Of a DNA stretch of 51,424 nt, positions 1-12,105 are shown one piece after another. How positions within the stretch are numbered: the stretch's first letter is position 1; each line of letters starts with the position of its first letter. The position numbers and the translations under genes were made by a program. Source of the stretch: Macrostomum lignano (taxonomy: Eukaryota); assembly GCA_002269645.1 (NCBI GenBank), contig NIVC01002908.1, positions 1-51,424 of the forward strand. The letters are read 5' to 3'. The notes under the pieces are model-generated. The model had not been told where the DNA came from and ran no database searches. It saw only the letters and a program-made list of their open reading frames with translations.

Positions 1-1564
1 TAATTTTGTTTCCAGAAGTAATCACTCCTAAACGAAATTCTTAAGCTTTAAAGAAGCATAAAGTACTTAACTGTGCATTTTGCTTCAATTTAGATTTTGT
101 CATATCCAACTGCCCAGATCCTAGTCATGCCTGCTTCCAGAATTAACTTCTGCACGCCAAGCCGAGCGTTTTCATTGTTTAATCCCAACATTTCTAGAAG
201 CTCTATTTTTGTTAATTGTTTTAATCAGATGTACAGCACCGCATGCAAACAGCATGTAGGCTGGAGCTTTAAAACAGACAGTTCCTTTGGTTAAACAGTG
301 CAGATCAGCGACTGGGACCACCAGGGATGGATGGATTGATGAGCGAGGGAGCGTGAAGGGCGGGATGGGTGGATTAGGAAAGCGGAGCACTGATCCAGCG
401 CTGCACTGCCCCCTTTATTTTGCCATTCGCTTTCTCCCTCTCCTCTCCCCCTCCCCCCAGCCCCCGATTTTCATTCCCCATGGGATGGCCTCAGAGTGAG
501 TTAGAGTGGTTGCGATTCTTCAGAGATTCTCTGGCTGCCGTCCAGGTTTTCTTTCAGAGAACTCGTTCGGCCGGGGCCCCCTGAAACAGAACTGGCTACT
601 CATTAGCCCCGTGTCTCGAATGGGAATTAGATTGTCCAATTCAATTATGACTTTCGCGAGGCCCTGGCCTTCCTTTTGCTCTCCTCCCTACCCCCCTCTT
701 GCTGTTTCTATAGAAGAGACTAGAGTACTACAGCAGGAGGTGAGAGGGCTCCCCGAGGGTGGCTGATCGGCGCTTGAGTTCAGCCGGGGCCAATTATGAA
801 GCAAGCGGCGGGCTGCCCGAGACTCAACAGTTCCTACTTTCGAAGGAAGAACTCTTAATAAAATGAAAGATCTAAATATAGTGAGCAGCGCGTCGGGAAT
901 TTGAGCAATAAGAAAAAACACGCGCGAAAATCGCCAACTAGAACCCGTTTTTACGCGGCTGCGTCTCTTGCCTTTGCTGGTGCTGTAAGCCTGTCTCTGT
1001 CTTATATGCATTTTCCCTTCTATTTATATCGAATATCGCCCCTCAACCCAGCTCCGAGTCCGTGGAGAGAGAGAGACAGAGGGAGAGATAATCTCGTATT
1101 TTCGCTAAGCCAGAAATCCCACGCACCAAAACAGAGAATGACTCGAGTAGAGACGACAGACAGGCGAGGCAAATGAGAAGACGAGAACCTGAATACAAGG
1201 AGATGAGAGTTTTTAGCTTGCTGGGCCAGCGCCCAGCGGCCTGAGTATGCGTATCAATAATTAATGAGCCCCATCACTGAGCTGGCTGAGCAGCCGCCCT
1301 TGGTCCCAGTTCTCAGAGGCCCAAGAGCGGATAGCTACATTAATTGTGGCTCTTCTTCGACTGCTCGCCAATTGGTGCGAAATATACATGTATTGCGCCT
1401 TCGTATGCTGCAGTTGCTCAGCTCGATCTGGGGTGATCAGGGCGAGGGTTGCAATTCCATTCATTCTGCGCTTTCTCTTCTGGCTTTAATGCACTCATAC
1501 TGGCCCCCACCTTGTATCCTTCTTACTTGCCTAATCTCACCTGTTTCTGCTCCCGGCTCTTCTC

Positions 1565-2505
1565 GCGTGTCTCTTCTCACCTGTCTCTTCTCACCTGTCT
1601 CTTCTCACCTGTCTCTTCTCACCTGTCTCTTCTCACTGTCTCTTCTCACCTGTCTCTTCTCACCTGTCTCTTCTCACCTGTCTCTTCTCACCTGTCTCTT
1701 CTCACCTGTCTCTTCTCACCTGTCTCTTCTCACCTGTCTCTTCTCACCTGTCTCTTCTCATCTCTCTTTTCTCACCTGTCTCTTCTCATCTCTCTTTTCT
1801 CACCTGTCTCTTCTCATCTCTCTTTTCAAACCTGTCTCTTCTCTCCTCTCTCTCTCACATGTCTCTTCTCACCTGTCTCTTCTCACCTGTCTCTTCTCAC
1901 TTGTCACTTGTCACTTGTTTCTTCTCACCTGTCTCTTCTCACTTGTCTCTTCTCAACTGTCTCTTCTCAAACGGTCTCTTCTCACCTGTTTCTTCTTACC
2001 TGTCTCTTCTCACCTGTCTCTTCTCACTTGTCACTTGTCACTTGTCACTTGTTTTTTCTCACTTGTCTCTTCTCAACTGTCTCTTCTCACTTGTCACTTG
2101 TCACCTGTCTCTTCTCACCTGTCTCTTCTCACCTGTCTCTTCTCACTTGTCACTTGTCACTTGTCACTTGTTTTTTCTCACTTGTCTCTTCTCAACTGTC
2201 TCTTCTCACTTGTCACTTGTCACCTGTATCTTCTCACCTGTCTCTTCTCACCTGTCTCTTCTCAACTGTCTCTTCTCACCTGTCTCTTCTCACCTGTCTC
2301 TTCTCACCTGTCTCTTCTCAACTGTCTCTTCTCACCTGTCTCTTCCCAATCTCTCTTCTCAACTGTCTCTTCTCACCTGTCTCTTCTCAACTGTCTCTTC
2401 TCACCTGTCTCTTCCCAATCTCTCTTCTCAACTGTCTCTTCTCACCTGTCTCTTCTCACCTGTCTCTTCTCAACTGTCTCTTCTCACATGTCTCTTCCCT
2501 ACTGT
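1565..2505. repeat. 14-bp minisatellite (CTGTCTCTTCTCAC)n with 7-bp TTGTCAC sub-variants
   Basis: Directly visible tandem array; explains the LLTCLFSPVSSHLS ORFs. Confidence 0.95.
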
Positions 2506-3860
2506 CTCTACCTCTGCCTCTACCTGGCTACTATAATCTTCCCATCCCGTCTCTCCCATCTCTCCTCAGAGCACGCATCTGAATCGCAGACCTAAGCTTC
2601 AATTGTTTATACTTCAATCCCACAAGCTATTCAAGTGACAGAATTAGCCCGGGCCCAGCCAGTCTATTTCAGCTTTTTTTAACTTCCTCTCCGGACTGAA
2701 AAGCCTCAGGAAGCAGCCCCTCCCCCCCCCGATCCCTGTCGGGGTCTGAGTAGTTCTCAAGGATTGGGAAGAAACACAGGAAATCCCCACCCTTTAGGCA
2801 CACGAGGAAGAGGCACTGCTGCTGCTGCTGCTGCTGGTGGACTAAAGTCTCCCCGTCCGCGCTCGCTCTTCGGTTTCCCGTTGGGAAATTCTCGGGCCAA
2901 AGAGTCGCAATATGAGGAAAATTTTAGAAACGGGGTGGACTCGCGCCTATTTAAAGACTGCACACCTCCTGTCATTCGTGTTCTTCTCTTTTTTGTCGCC
3001 GAATTTGTCGTTCTCCGCCGTTGCTACCCCGAGCCGGGCTGCTTCTCCCCTCAATCAAGCGTGTCTGTCGTCGGCCCAAAATCAATGCCCTACAGCCCGG
3101 TAGTGTCTGCCTGGGGGGGGGGTAGCGAAGCATCGATTTTGAAGGATTAAGCGTAGGGGGGGGGGGGGCTCATAGTGGGTAGGTGTCAAAGAAGAATTTT
3201 CACCCAGGGGCTCGCTCTTGCTACAGTGTTAAATATGGCCGCTAAGCCGCTACGAGACGATGTTTTGCTTAGTTCGATGATGAGCCAATTTTTCTACATC
3301 GATTCTCGAGTAGTTCGCCTGTTGTGTTTCCCGAAGACCCACCCGACTGAGAGGCAGACAGAGACAGGCAAAGACTGAGGCAGAGAGTGGGGGCTTCCCT
3401 CTGGTAGCCGGGAGCAACAGGCCGGTTCCTTGCCTCCTAATTAACAAATTGCTGTTTTTTCTACATCATCTTTTACGTTACCTTAAAGAGGAGCTGCTTT
3501 CGAAACGGGAGACCCAGCCTATTGGGATTAATCAACTTGCAACAGGGGGGCGGAGGAGGAGGAAGAAGGGGAGATTTGGGCGCATGGGATGCGGCCTGAG
3601 AGAATGGGAGTGGGGCGAGACTGAAGTGGAAGCGAGTGAGTCAGCGACGGATAACGGCTGAAGAGGGCGAGGGCGCCGGGGATAAGTATGCTAATGCATC
3701 TGAGAGCGACTTTGCTGTGAATTGCTGAGTCGGTGAGGGAGAGGGAAGGAAGGGAAGAAGCAGAAAGGAATGAATGCGGAACCTCATTTGTGCCCTGAGC
3801 CCGGTTCCTTAAAATCCACATTTTGCCCCGCGGTTAGAAAGGTCGGATCACACCACTCAC

Positions 3861-3980
<120 letters not shown>

Positions 3981-4704
3981 TCGCGTGGTCGTTCACAAAG
4001 CAGAAGCCCTTGGTCGCTGTGGGGAAGTTAAGAGAGAGAGGCGCCGTGCTGGGGAGAGCTGCGCTGGTCGGTCGCAGCTTCATGTGCGGGCTGGCGGAAT
4101 GAGGATGAGAACTCTCGTCCCCTCATCCCCGTACCCGTCTTGCGCACTCCCCACTGGCCGGATTGGGATGCGGAAGAGGCTGGGAAATCGGGCGCCAGGG
4201 TGAGACAGAGGCTGAAGGTTGCTGCTGAAAGCCTCAAGCTCTCACTGGCCTGACTCTCTGAGCCTGAGCTTCTTCTCCCTTTGCTCTCTCCATCTCCATG
4301 CCTCTCCTTCCCGTCTCAGCCACTGCTTCGGCCTGTACCTCTCACCCCCATCTCCTCTCTCCCGGCCAAGCCTCCATAAACGGGAGGTATCGGCCTCCCT
4401 TCCCCACTCTTCATCATTCCCACGCATCCAGCCTCTTTGCTCACCGCATCCGTCTCTCCGTCTCGCTCCGTCCTGCGACCTCCCCTCCGGCCTGCTCTCT
4501 ATCCTCTCGTCTCCGCTCGGTGCAGCCTTAGCAGTGCCTGCCCAGTTCTCTGCATCCCAAGTTAGCGAGCGGCTCCCCCAGCGCCTAGCATTAAGTTCGC
4601 CAGTGCACTAGCGGTGAAAGCGAGCACTGCGCTAGCAGGTAAATCAGACAGCGCCAACTACTCAGCTCTCAAAAGCCTTTCTTCCATAGTTAAGCCAAGA
4701 AGAC

Positions 4705-4818
4705 ATGGGCAACTCGATTGGACCCCGGAAGAAGTTGCCGAAGGAGGATATGCAGTTTCTGATGTCAAACACCAACTTTACTAAGAAGCAGATTAAGCAG
4801 TGGTATCGTGGTTTTATT
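4705..4818 (+). CDS. ncs-2: Neuronal calcium sensor (NCS-2/hippocalcin-like), coding exon 1 of 3
   Basis: [38 protein letters not shown] matches the NCS N-terminus (Gly2, WYxGF); GTGAGT donor at 4819, phase 0. Confidence 0.93.
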
Positions 4819-4989
4819 GTGAGTGGAATTTTTCTGCCTTTTTTCCGTAAATGTCAGCGGCATGATCGTTGTAGCATAAATCCATTGAGGGGTACCTTGC
4901 ACAAGTTATGCAGCACTCATTATCGAATACATGCTCTGACTTACAGAGGCCAGCTCCCTCAGAGTGAGCTCTGATGCACCCAAATTCTG

Positions 4990-5675
4990 CAGCTGGCACC
5001 CCACCGTACTCTCAGAATCCTTCAGCTGGCGCCCCATCCCACCGCAGATCCCAGATCCCTTCAGCTGGTGTCTCGCGCCCCACAACACTCCCAGATCCCT
5101 TCACCCCATCACACTCCAATATCCCTTCAGCTGGCCTCCCTCCACCACACTCCCAGATCCCTTCACCCCATCACACTCCCAGATCCCTTCAGCTGGTGCC
5201 CCACCACACTCCCAGATTCCTTCAGCTGGCGCTCCGCGCCCCAACACACTCCCAGATTCCTTCAGCTGGCGCTCCGCGCCCCACCACACTCCCAGATCCC
5301 TTCAGCTGGCGCTCCGCGCCCCACCACACTCCCAGATCCCTTCAGCTGGCGCTCCGCGCCCCACCACACTCCCAGATCCCTTCAGCTGGCGCTCCGCGCC
5401 CCACCACACTCCCAGATCCCTTCAGCTGGCGCTCCGCGCCCCACCACACTCCCAGATTCCTTCAGCTGGCGCTCCGCGCCCCACCACACTCCCAGATCCC
5501 TTCAGCTGGCGCTCCGCGCCCCACCACACTCCCAGATCCCTTCAGCTGGCGCTCCGCGCCCCACCACACTCCCAGATCCCTTCAGCTGGCGCTCCGCGCC
5601 CCACCACACTCCCAGATCCCTTCAGCTGGCGCTCCGCGCCCCACCACACTCCCAGATCCCTTCAGCTGGCGCCCG
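4990..5675. repeat. 40-bp minisatellite in ncs-2 intron 1 (CCACCACACTCCCAGATCCCTTCAGCTGGCGCTCCGCGCC)n
   Basis: Tandem array, degenerate at the left edge and homogeneous on the right. Confidence 0.95.
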
Positions 5676-6503
5676 CTACGCCTCTCGGATCTCTCGCAAA
5701 GCTTAAGTCGGTAAAAACAAACTGACGGCATCAGCATCCGAACCAGCATTTGGCTGCAATGCCTTCCCGTCCCAGAGAAACCATCCCGTCCTGACAACCC
5801 AGTCAATCTCTTCCGCAGAAACCTTTCTCCTTTTCCCTCCCTCACTCGCTTCCAATTTTGCTTTTTTCAGTCGGCACTCGCTTCGCTGGCACTGAGCCCC
5901 TCCCCCCATCTCCATGCCGCCTTGCGTGCCCCATTAATTAAGGGTTCGAGTCCTGAGGTCTGGAGCGAGTGAAAGAGAGAAAAGGCAGGCAGTTGGGCAG
6001 GCAAGGGAGGCGATGGATCTGGTAGAGGAGCGCATAGTAGGCAGGAGAGCTCGGACTGCTGCGGCTGTGCAGGAGGAAGGGAAGGCAGGAGGTACTTGAG
6101 AGCAGAGCTCCGAGGCTCCGAAGGGGCCACTTGCGGGTTCACGCAAGCGAGAGGCGGAGAGGCGCAGAGGAGTAAAGGGCAGTAAAGTGGAATGGGTTCA
6201 CAATTTAGACCAAAAGCTGAAGCTGGGAAGTGATTGACAGAGCAAGTGTAAGTGAGTGTATTATAGATGCGGCCGGTTGGAGACTGGCTCAGCTGAAGAA
6301 TACTGCCCGGTGAAGATGGCCCTGTGTTTTGACAGGGCCGGGGCAGTATGGCTACCAGGGTGCACTTTTTGGGTGTTTAGTCAGACCAGCTGGATTGACA
6401 AACACGGCTGCTCTTTAAGGTACTTCGTTCTCGTGATGGAAAAACTGTCCTCTTGCCTGGAAGTCTTGATCCCAAACTTCCTCGGTCAATTCTCCCCCTT
6501 CTA

Positions 6504-7459
6504 CCTGGTTGATTCTCCCCTCATTCCCGGTTGATTCTCCCCTCATTCCCGGTGGATTCTCCCCTCTTTCCCGGTTGATTCTCCCCTCATTCCCGGTTGA
6601 TTCTCCTCTCATTCCCGGTGGATTCTCCCCTCATTCCCGGTTGATTCTCCCCTCATTCCCGGTTGATTCTCCCCTCATTCCCGGTTGATTCTCCCCTCTT
6701 TCCCGGTTGATTCTCCCCTCATTCCCGGTTGATTCTCCCCTCATTCCCGGTTGATTCTCCCCTCATTCCCGGTTGATTCTCCCCTCATTCCCGGTTGATT
6801 CTCCCCTCATTCCCGGTTGATTCTCCCCTCATTCCCGGTGGATTCTCCCCTCTTTCCCGGTTGATTCTCCTCTCATTCCCGGTTGATTCTCCCCTCTTTC
6901 CCGGTTGATTCTCCTCTCATTCCCGGTTGATTCTCCCCTCTTTCCCGGTTGATTCTCCTCTCATTCCCGGTTGATTCTCCCCTCATTCCCGGTTGATTCT
7001 CCCCTCATTCCCGGTTGATTCTCCCCTCATTCCCGGTTGATTCTCCCCTCTTTCCCGGTTGATTCTCCTCTCATTCCCGGTTGATTCTCCCCTCTTTCCC
7101 GGTTGATTCTCCCCTCATTCCCGGTGGATTCTCCCCTCTTTCCCGGTTGATTCTCCTCTCATTCCCGGTTGATTCTCCCCTCTTTCCCGGTTGATTCTCC
7201 TCTCATTCCCGGTTGATTCTCCCCTCATTCCCGGTTGATTCTCCCCTCTTTCCCGGTGGATTCTCCCATCTTTCCCGGTTGATTCTCCCCTCATTCCCGG
7301 TTGATTCTCCCCTCATTCCCGGTTGATTCTCCCCTCTTTCCCGGTTGATTCTCCCCTCTTTCCCGGTTGATTCTCCCCTCTTTCCCGGTTGATTCTCCCC
7401 TCTTTCCCGGTTGATTCTCCCCTCTTTCCCGGTTGATTCTCCCCTCATTCCCGGTTGAC
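6504..7459. repeat. 22-bp minisatellite in ncs-2 intron 1 (GATTCTCCCCTCATTCCCGGTT)n
   Basis: Directly visible tandem array. Confidence 0.95.
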
Positions 7460-7552
7460 TTTCCCTTTATCACGGTTAAATCTTCCCATTCTCCTTTCTT
7501 CCCCGGCAGGCAAACAGGAGAAAAAGACATTCTCAACCCCATTTACCCTCAG

Positions 7553-7825
7553 CGTGACTGTCCATCAGGCCAGCTCAGCAAGAAGAAGTTCATCGAGGTG
7601 TACTCCGGCTTCTTCCCAGATGGCAATGCCGAGGAGTTCTGCACCCACGTGTTCCGCACATTCGACAAAGACAACTCTGGCAAGATTGACTTCAAAGAAT
7701 TCCTGTTGGCGATCAACATCACTTCTGGCGGCAAGCCCCAGGAGAAGCTGGAGTGGGCCTTCCAGATGTACGACATTGACGGCAACGGCAGCATTGAGCG
7801 GTCTGAGATGGTCGAGATCATCAAG
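7553..7825 (+). CDS. ncs-2: Neuronal calcium sensor, coding exon 2 of 3
   Basis: CCCTCAG acceptor; RDCPSG (inactive EF1), EF2 [24 protein letters not shown]3 [12 protein letters not shown]; GTGAGG donor at 7826; 273 nt, phase 0/0. Confidence 0.96.
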
Positions 7826-7844
7826 GTGAGGCTTTTTAGCACAC

Positions 7845-8427
7845 AGCGCCACAAGGAGAATAGCATGGCGCCACAAAGAGAATAGCATGGCGCCACAAGG
7901 AGAATAGCATGGCGCCACAAAAAAGAATAGCATGGCGCCACAAGGAGAACAGCATGGCACCACAAAAAGAATAGCATGGCGCCACAGAGAGAATAACATG
8001 GCGCCACAAGGAGAATAGCATGGTTCCACAAGAAAAATAGCATGGCGCCACAAGGAGAATAGCATGGCGCCACAAAGAAGAATAGCATGGCGCCACAAAG
8101 AGAATAGCATGGCGCCCCAAAGAACAATAGCATGGCGCCACAAAGAGAATAGCATGGCGCCACAAAGAGAATAGCATGGCGCCACAAGGAGAATAGCATG
8201 AAACCACAAAAAGAATAGCATGACGCCACAAGAAGAATAGCATGGCGCCACAAGGCGAATAGCATGGCGCCACAAAGAAAAATGGCAGGGCGCCACAAGG
8301 AGAATAACATGGCGCCACAAAGAGAATAGCATGGCGCCACAAGGAGAATAGCATGGCGCCACAAAGAGAATAGCATGGCGCCACAAGGAGAATAGCATGG
8401 CGCCACAAGGAGTGTAGCACATGGCGC
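7845..8427. repeat. 22-bp minisatellite in ncs-2 intron 2 (CACAAGGAGAATAGCATGGCGC)n
   Basis: Tandem array starting about 20 nt after the donor. Confidence 0.95.
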
Positions 8428-9339
8428 TGAAAAGACCCTACCACAAGCGCCTATCAAGACTCCCGCAAGACAAAATAAGCAATGAAGCTGTCACTCGGAT
8501 GCTGCTTTCACTGCCGCACAGTTCGCACAGATTCCATAGAAACGCTCACCAACAGACCACAAAGCAGTCAGCGCGTGTTTCTGCATCGCGGGCCAACACA
8601 AGCCATAAAAGACTCAGAGAAACAGACTGCTGCGATAATTCGGGAGCTAACGGGGCGCAATCAGTGAGGCATGCCAGCTGCCTGGCAGGCGGGCTTGAGC
8701 AGGTGTTGGGAGTTTAATCCCCGAAAATAATCCGGCCTCTTAGGTACGCGCCGGCTGTCAGAGCTGAGCGGGACTGGCTGACAGGCTGACTGCAGGCGGG
8801 CATCTTTCGAAGCCCAGAGCCAGAAGGTACAAGCGGGGATGAGCAAGGAACGCATGCAAGCAGAATCGATTCGTCAGGCAGCCCCAGAATCCTTCAGTTT
8901 CAATCAGCTTCATCGGCTTCCTTTTCTTTCCAATCCAAAATTCGTACCGAGCTCAAGCGGTCCTGGCAACGGGTCTGAGTACTCGCAGCGTGGGGGATTA
9001 GCCGCCTCTTCGCCTTCTCTTTCTCTCTCTCTCTCTCTCGACGGTGCAGCGAAATCGGCTCAGCTCTGCACAAGTTGGGATGCAATTAAATTTGAGCACG
9101 CCAGAGTCTTTGAGCACGCTAGCTAGTAGAGGCATGCAAGAATGAGGGATTGAGAGAGCAAAAGGTGTCCCCTATTTATAACCAGCTCTTGTATGCCATG
9201 CTGGCTATTCGTGTACTCTGCGATTGTTTTATTGAGCATCGAAAGGAGATTTCTCTTTAGTAGATTCAACAATTATTATGTTTCATATGTATGAAGCACT
9301 GACATACTGAAAAGCATGAACTGCAACCATGTGCTCCAG

Positions 9340-9850
9340 CCATCCCAGTGCCATCCCATTGCCATCCCATTGCCATCCCAGTGCCATCCCATTGCCATCC
9401 CATTGCCATCCCAGTGCCATCCCATTGCCATCCCATTGCCATCCCATTGCCATCCCATTGCCATCCCATTGCCATCCCATTGCCATCCCATTGCCATCCC
9501 ATTGCCATCCCATTGCCATCCCAGTGCCATCCCATTGCCATCCCATTGCCATCCCAGTGCCATCCCAGTGCCATCCCATTGCCATCCCATTGCCATCCCA
9601 TTGCCATCCCATTGCCATCCCATTGCCATCCCATTGCCATCCCATTGCCATCCCATTGCCATCCCATTGCCATCCCATTGCCATCCCAGTGCCATCCCAT
9701 TGCCATCCCAGTGCCATCCCATTGCCATCCCATTGCCATCCCATTGCCATCCCATTGCCATCCCATTGCCATCCCATTGCCATCCCAGTGCCATCCCATT
9801 GCCATCCCATTGCCATCCCATTGCCATCCCAGTGCCATCCCATTGCCATC
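9340..9850. repeat. 11-bp minisatellite (CCCATTGCCAT)n
   Basis: Tandem array with CCCAGTG variants. Confidence 0.95.
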
Positions 9851-10935
9851 TCATCCCAGCGCTCAGTATCTCAACATCCCAGTGCTCAACATCCCAGTGC
9901 TCAGCATTCCAGTGCTCAGCATCCTAGCATCGCAGTGCTCAGCATCCCAGTGCTCAGCATCCCAGTGCTCAGCATCCCAGTGCTCAGCATCCCAGTGCTC
10001 AGCATCCCAGTGCTCAGCATCCCAGTGCTCAGCATCCCAGTGCTCAGCATTCCAGTGCTCAGCATCCCAGTGCTCAGCATCCCAGTGCTCAGCATCCCAG
10101 TGCTCAGCATCCCAGTGCTCAGCATCCCAGTGCTCAGCATTCCAGTGCTCAGCATCCCAGTGCTCAGCATCCCAGTGCTCAGCATCCTAGCATCCCAGTG
10201 CTCAGCATCCTAGCATCCCAGTGCTCAGCATCCTAGTATCCTAGTGATCAGCATCCTAGCATCCCAGTGCTCAGCATTCTAGTATCCTAGTGCTCAGTAT
10301 CCTAGCATCCCAGTGCTCAGCATCCTAGTATCCTAGTGCTCAGCATCCTAGCATCCCAGTGCTCAGCATCCTAGCATCCCAGTGCTCAGCATTCTAGTAT
10401 CCAAGTGCTCAGCATCCCAGCATCCTAGCATCCCAGTGCTCAGCATCCTAGTATCCTAGTGCTCAGCATCCTAGCATCCCAGTGCTCAGCATCCTAGTAT
10501 CCCAGTGCTCAGCATCCCAGTGCCCAGCATCCTAGCATCCCAGTGCTCAGCATCCCAGTGCTCAGCATCCCAGTGCTCAGCATCCTAGTATCCCAGTGCT
10601 CAGCATCCCAGTGCTCAGCATCCCAGTGCTCAGCATCCTAGTATCCCAGTGCTCAGCATCCCAGTGCTCAGCATTCTAGCATCCCAGTGCCCAGCATCCT
10701 AGCATCCCAGTGCTCAGCATCCCAGTGCTCAGCATTCTAGCATCCCAGTGCCCAGCATCCTAGCATCCCAGTGCTCAGCATCCCAGTGCTCAGCATTCTA
10801 GCATCCCAGTGCCCAGCATCATAGCATCCCAGTGCTCAGCATCCCAGTGCTCAGCATCCTAGCATCCCAGTGCTCAGCATCCTAGCATCCCAGTGCTCAG
10901 CATCCCAGTGCCCAGCATCCATGCATCCCAGTTGC
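9851..10935. repeat. 15-bp minisatellite (CAGCATCCCAGTGCT)n with CATCCTAG variants
   Basis: Tandem array abutting the 11-mer array. Confidence 0.95.
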
Positions 10936-11017
10936 CCAGCATCTTACTGTCCCCATTGAGCACTGGGGGACTCGAATCCTGCCTACAACCCCGAACCCGA
11001 ACCGGCCATCTCTGCAG

Positions 11018-11206
11018 GCAATCTACAGCATGCTGGGTGCAGACGAGTCCAACGTAGACATGAGCCCGGAGGCTCGTACCGAGGAGATCTTCGACAAGAT
11101 GGACGACAACGGCGACGGCGTGTTGTGCCGCGAGGAGTTCATGAAGGGCTGCATGGCGGACAAGCAGCTCTACTCCATGCTGCTGGCGGACGAGCCCGCC
11201 GAGTGA
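11018..11206 (+). CDS. ncs-2: Neuronal calcium sensor, coding exon 3 of 3 (spliced product 191 aa)
   Basis: TCTGCAG acceptor; AIYSMLGADESNVDMSPEARTEEIFDKMDDNGDGVLCREEFMKGCMADKQLYSMLLADEPAE-stop, EF4 DDNGDGVLCREE; not in the ORF track because it is shorter than the cutoff from its first ATG. Confidence 0.95.
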   Translation, partial: AIYSMLGADESNVDMSPEARTEEIFDKMDDNGDGVLCREEFMKGCMADKQLYSMLLADEPAE

Positions 11207-11585
11207 TCAGCCAGCTGCCAGCCCCTTGTCTCCACGAACTTCGAGCCCCAGCATCCCCAGCTTCAGCCGGGCTCCAGCTCTGATAAGCTGCTTTTCCCTG
11301 CGACGTATCCTAACTGAAATATTTATTTTTTACTGTTCTGGATAGCTGACTGGATATCGACTGAAGCCTGTTTGAATTGCAATTGCCGTCTCCACCCAGT
11401 CTGTGTACTTTTTGTGTCCTCTTTGTCTCCATTTCTTCCTTTTATTTTAAATCTTTCTCTGAAGGTTTTTCAAAGTTCTTATCACTCTGGATTAGTAAAT
11501 TGGATTTGTCTTCGCAGTTATAGCTATATTCGATAGTACGCAAGAAAGGATGGGAACGGTTGCGGGTCGTCCCTGTATTCCGTTT

Positions 11586-11865
11586 TGAGGGGGTTGTAGC
11601 CCAGTGGTCAGAGCGTCGGACTCACGACTTGAAGGTCATGGGTTCGATTCCCGAATCCCACTGGAGCAATTTGTGTCCTTGAGCAAGACACTTAACTCTG
11701 CATTGCTTCAGTTTACCCAGCTGTAAAATGGGTGCCAGCATTAGCTGGGGTAATTGAGGGTGTGTGGCGACCCCCCAGTCCTTGGACTGAACAGCCGTAC
11801 GCAGCCTTCAGATGCGCCGCGCAATGGCTGCGGCTGAGCTGTCGGTTGCACTTATTAATTATATC
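11586..11865 (+). mobile_element. tRNA-headed CORE-type SINE
   Basis: A box TAGCCCAGTGG (11597), B box GGTTCGATTCC (11641), then GTGTCCTTGAGCAAGACACTTAACTCTGCATTGCTTCAGTTTACCCAGCTGTAAAATGGG resembling the MIR/CORE domain; AT-rich tail; ATTCCGTTT direct repeat at 11577-11585 and 11866-11874. Confidence 0.85.
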
Positions 11866-11964
11866 ATTCCGTTTAGAAAATTCCGTGCCCATTACACAAT
11901 TCTTGAAATATTCCATTCAGAATTAACCGCACCTATTGATAAGACACGCGCGGGCTTTTGGACG

Positions 11965-12105
11965 AAACAGTAGTCACGTGACTGCTCTCAACCAATGGCG
12001 ACAGGCACGCGTATATTATTGTGAGGACGACTGTGTGGTTTCCAAGGTCATGTGCGTCGCTATTGAACGAAGCAGTTGTCACGTGACTGGCTCTCAACCA
12101 ATAGC
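11965..12105. promoter_or_regulatory. Duplicated GTCACGTGAC (E-box/CLEAR-like) plus CCAAT module
   Basis: Two ~40-bp direct repeats, each GTCACGTGAC (11973, 12078) followed by CTCTCAACCAAT. Confidence 0.4.

Noticed and set aside
1-240. Minus-strand stretch with protein-like composition (KIELLEMLGLNNENARLGVQKL)
   Set aside because: Interrupted by stops, truncated by the window edge, no recognisable family
11590-11662. Functional tRNA gene
   Set aside because: A and B boxes are present but the anticodon stem pairs poorly, and the sequence runs into a CORE domain bounded by a TSD, so it is a SINE head
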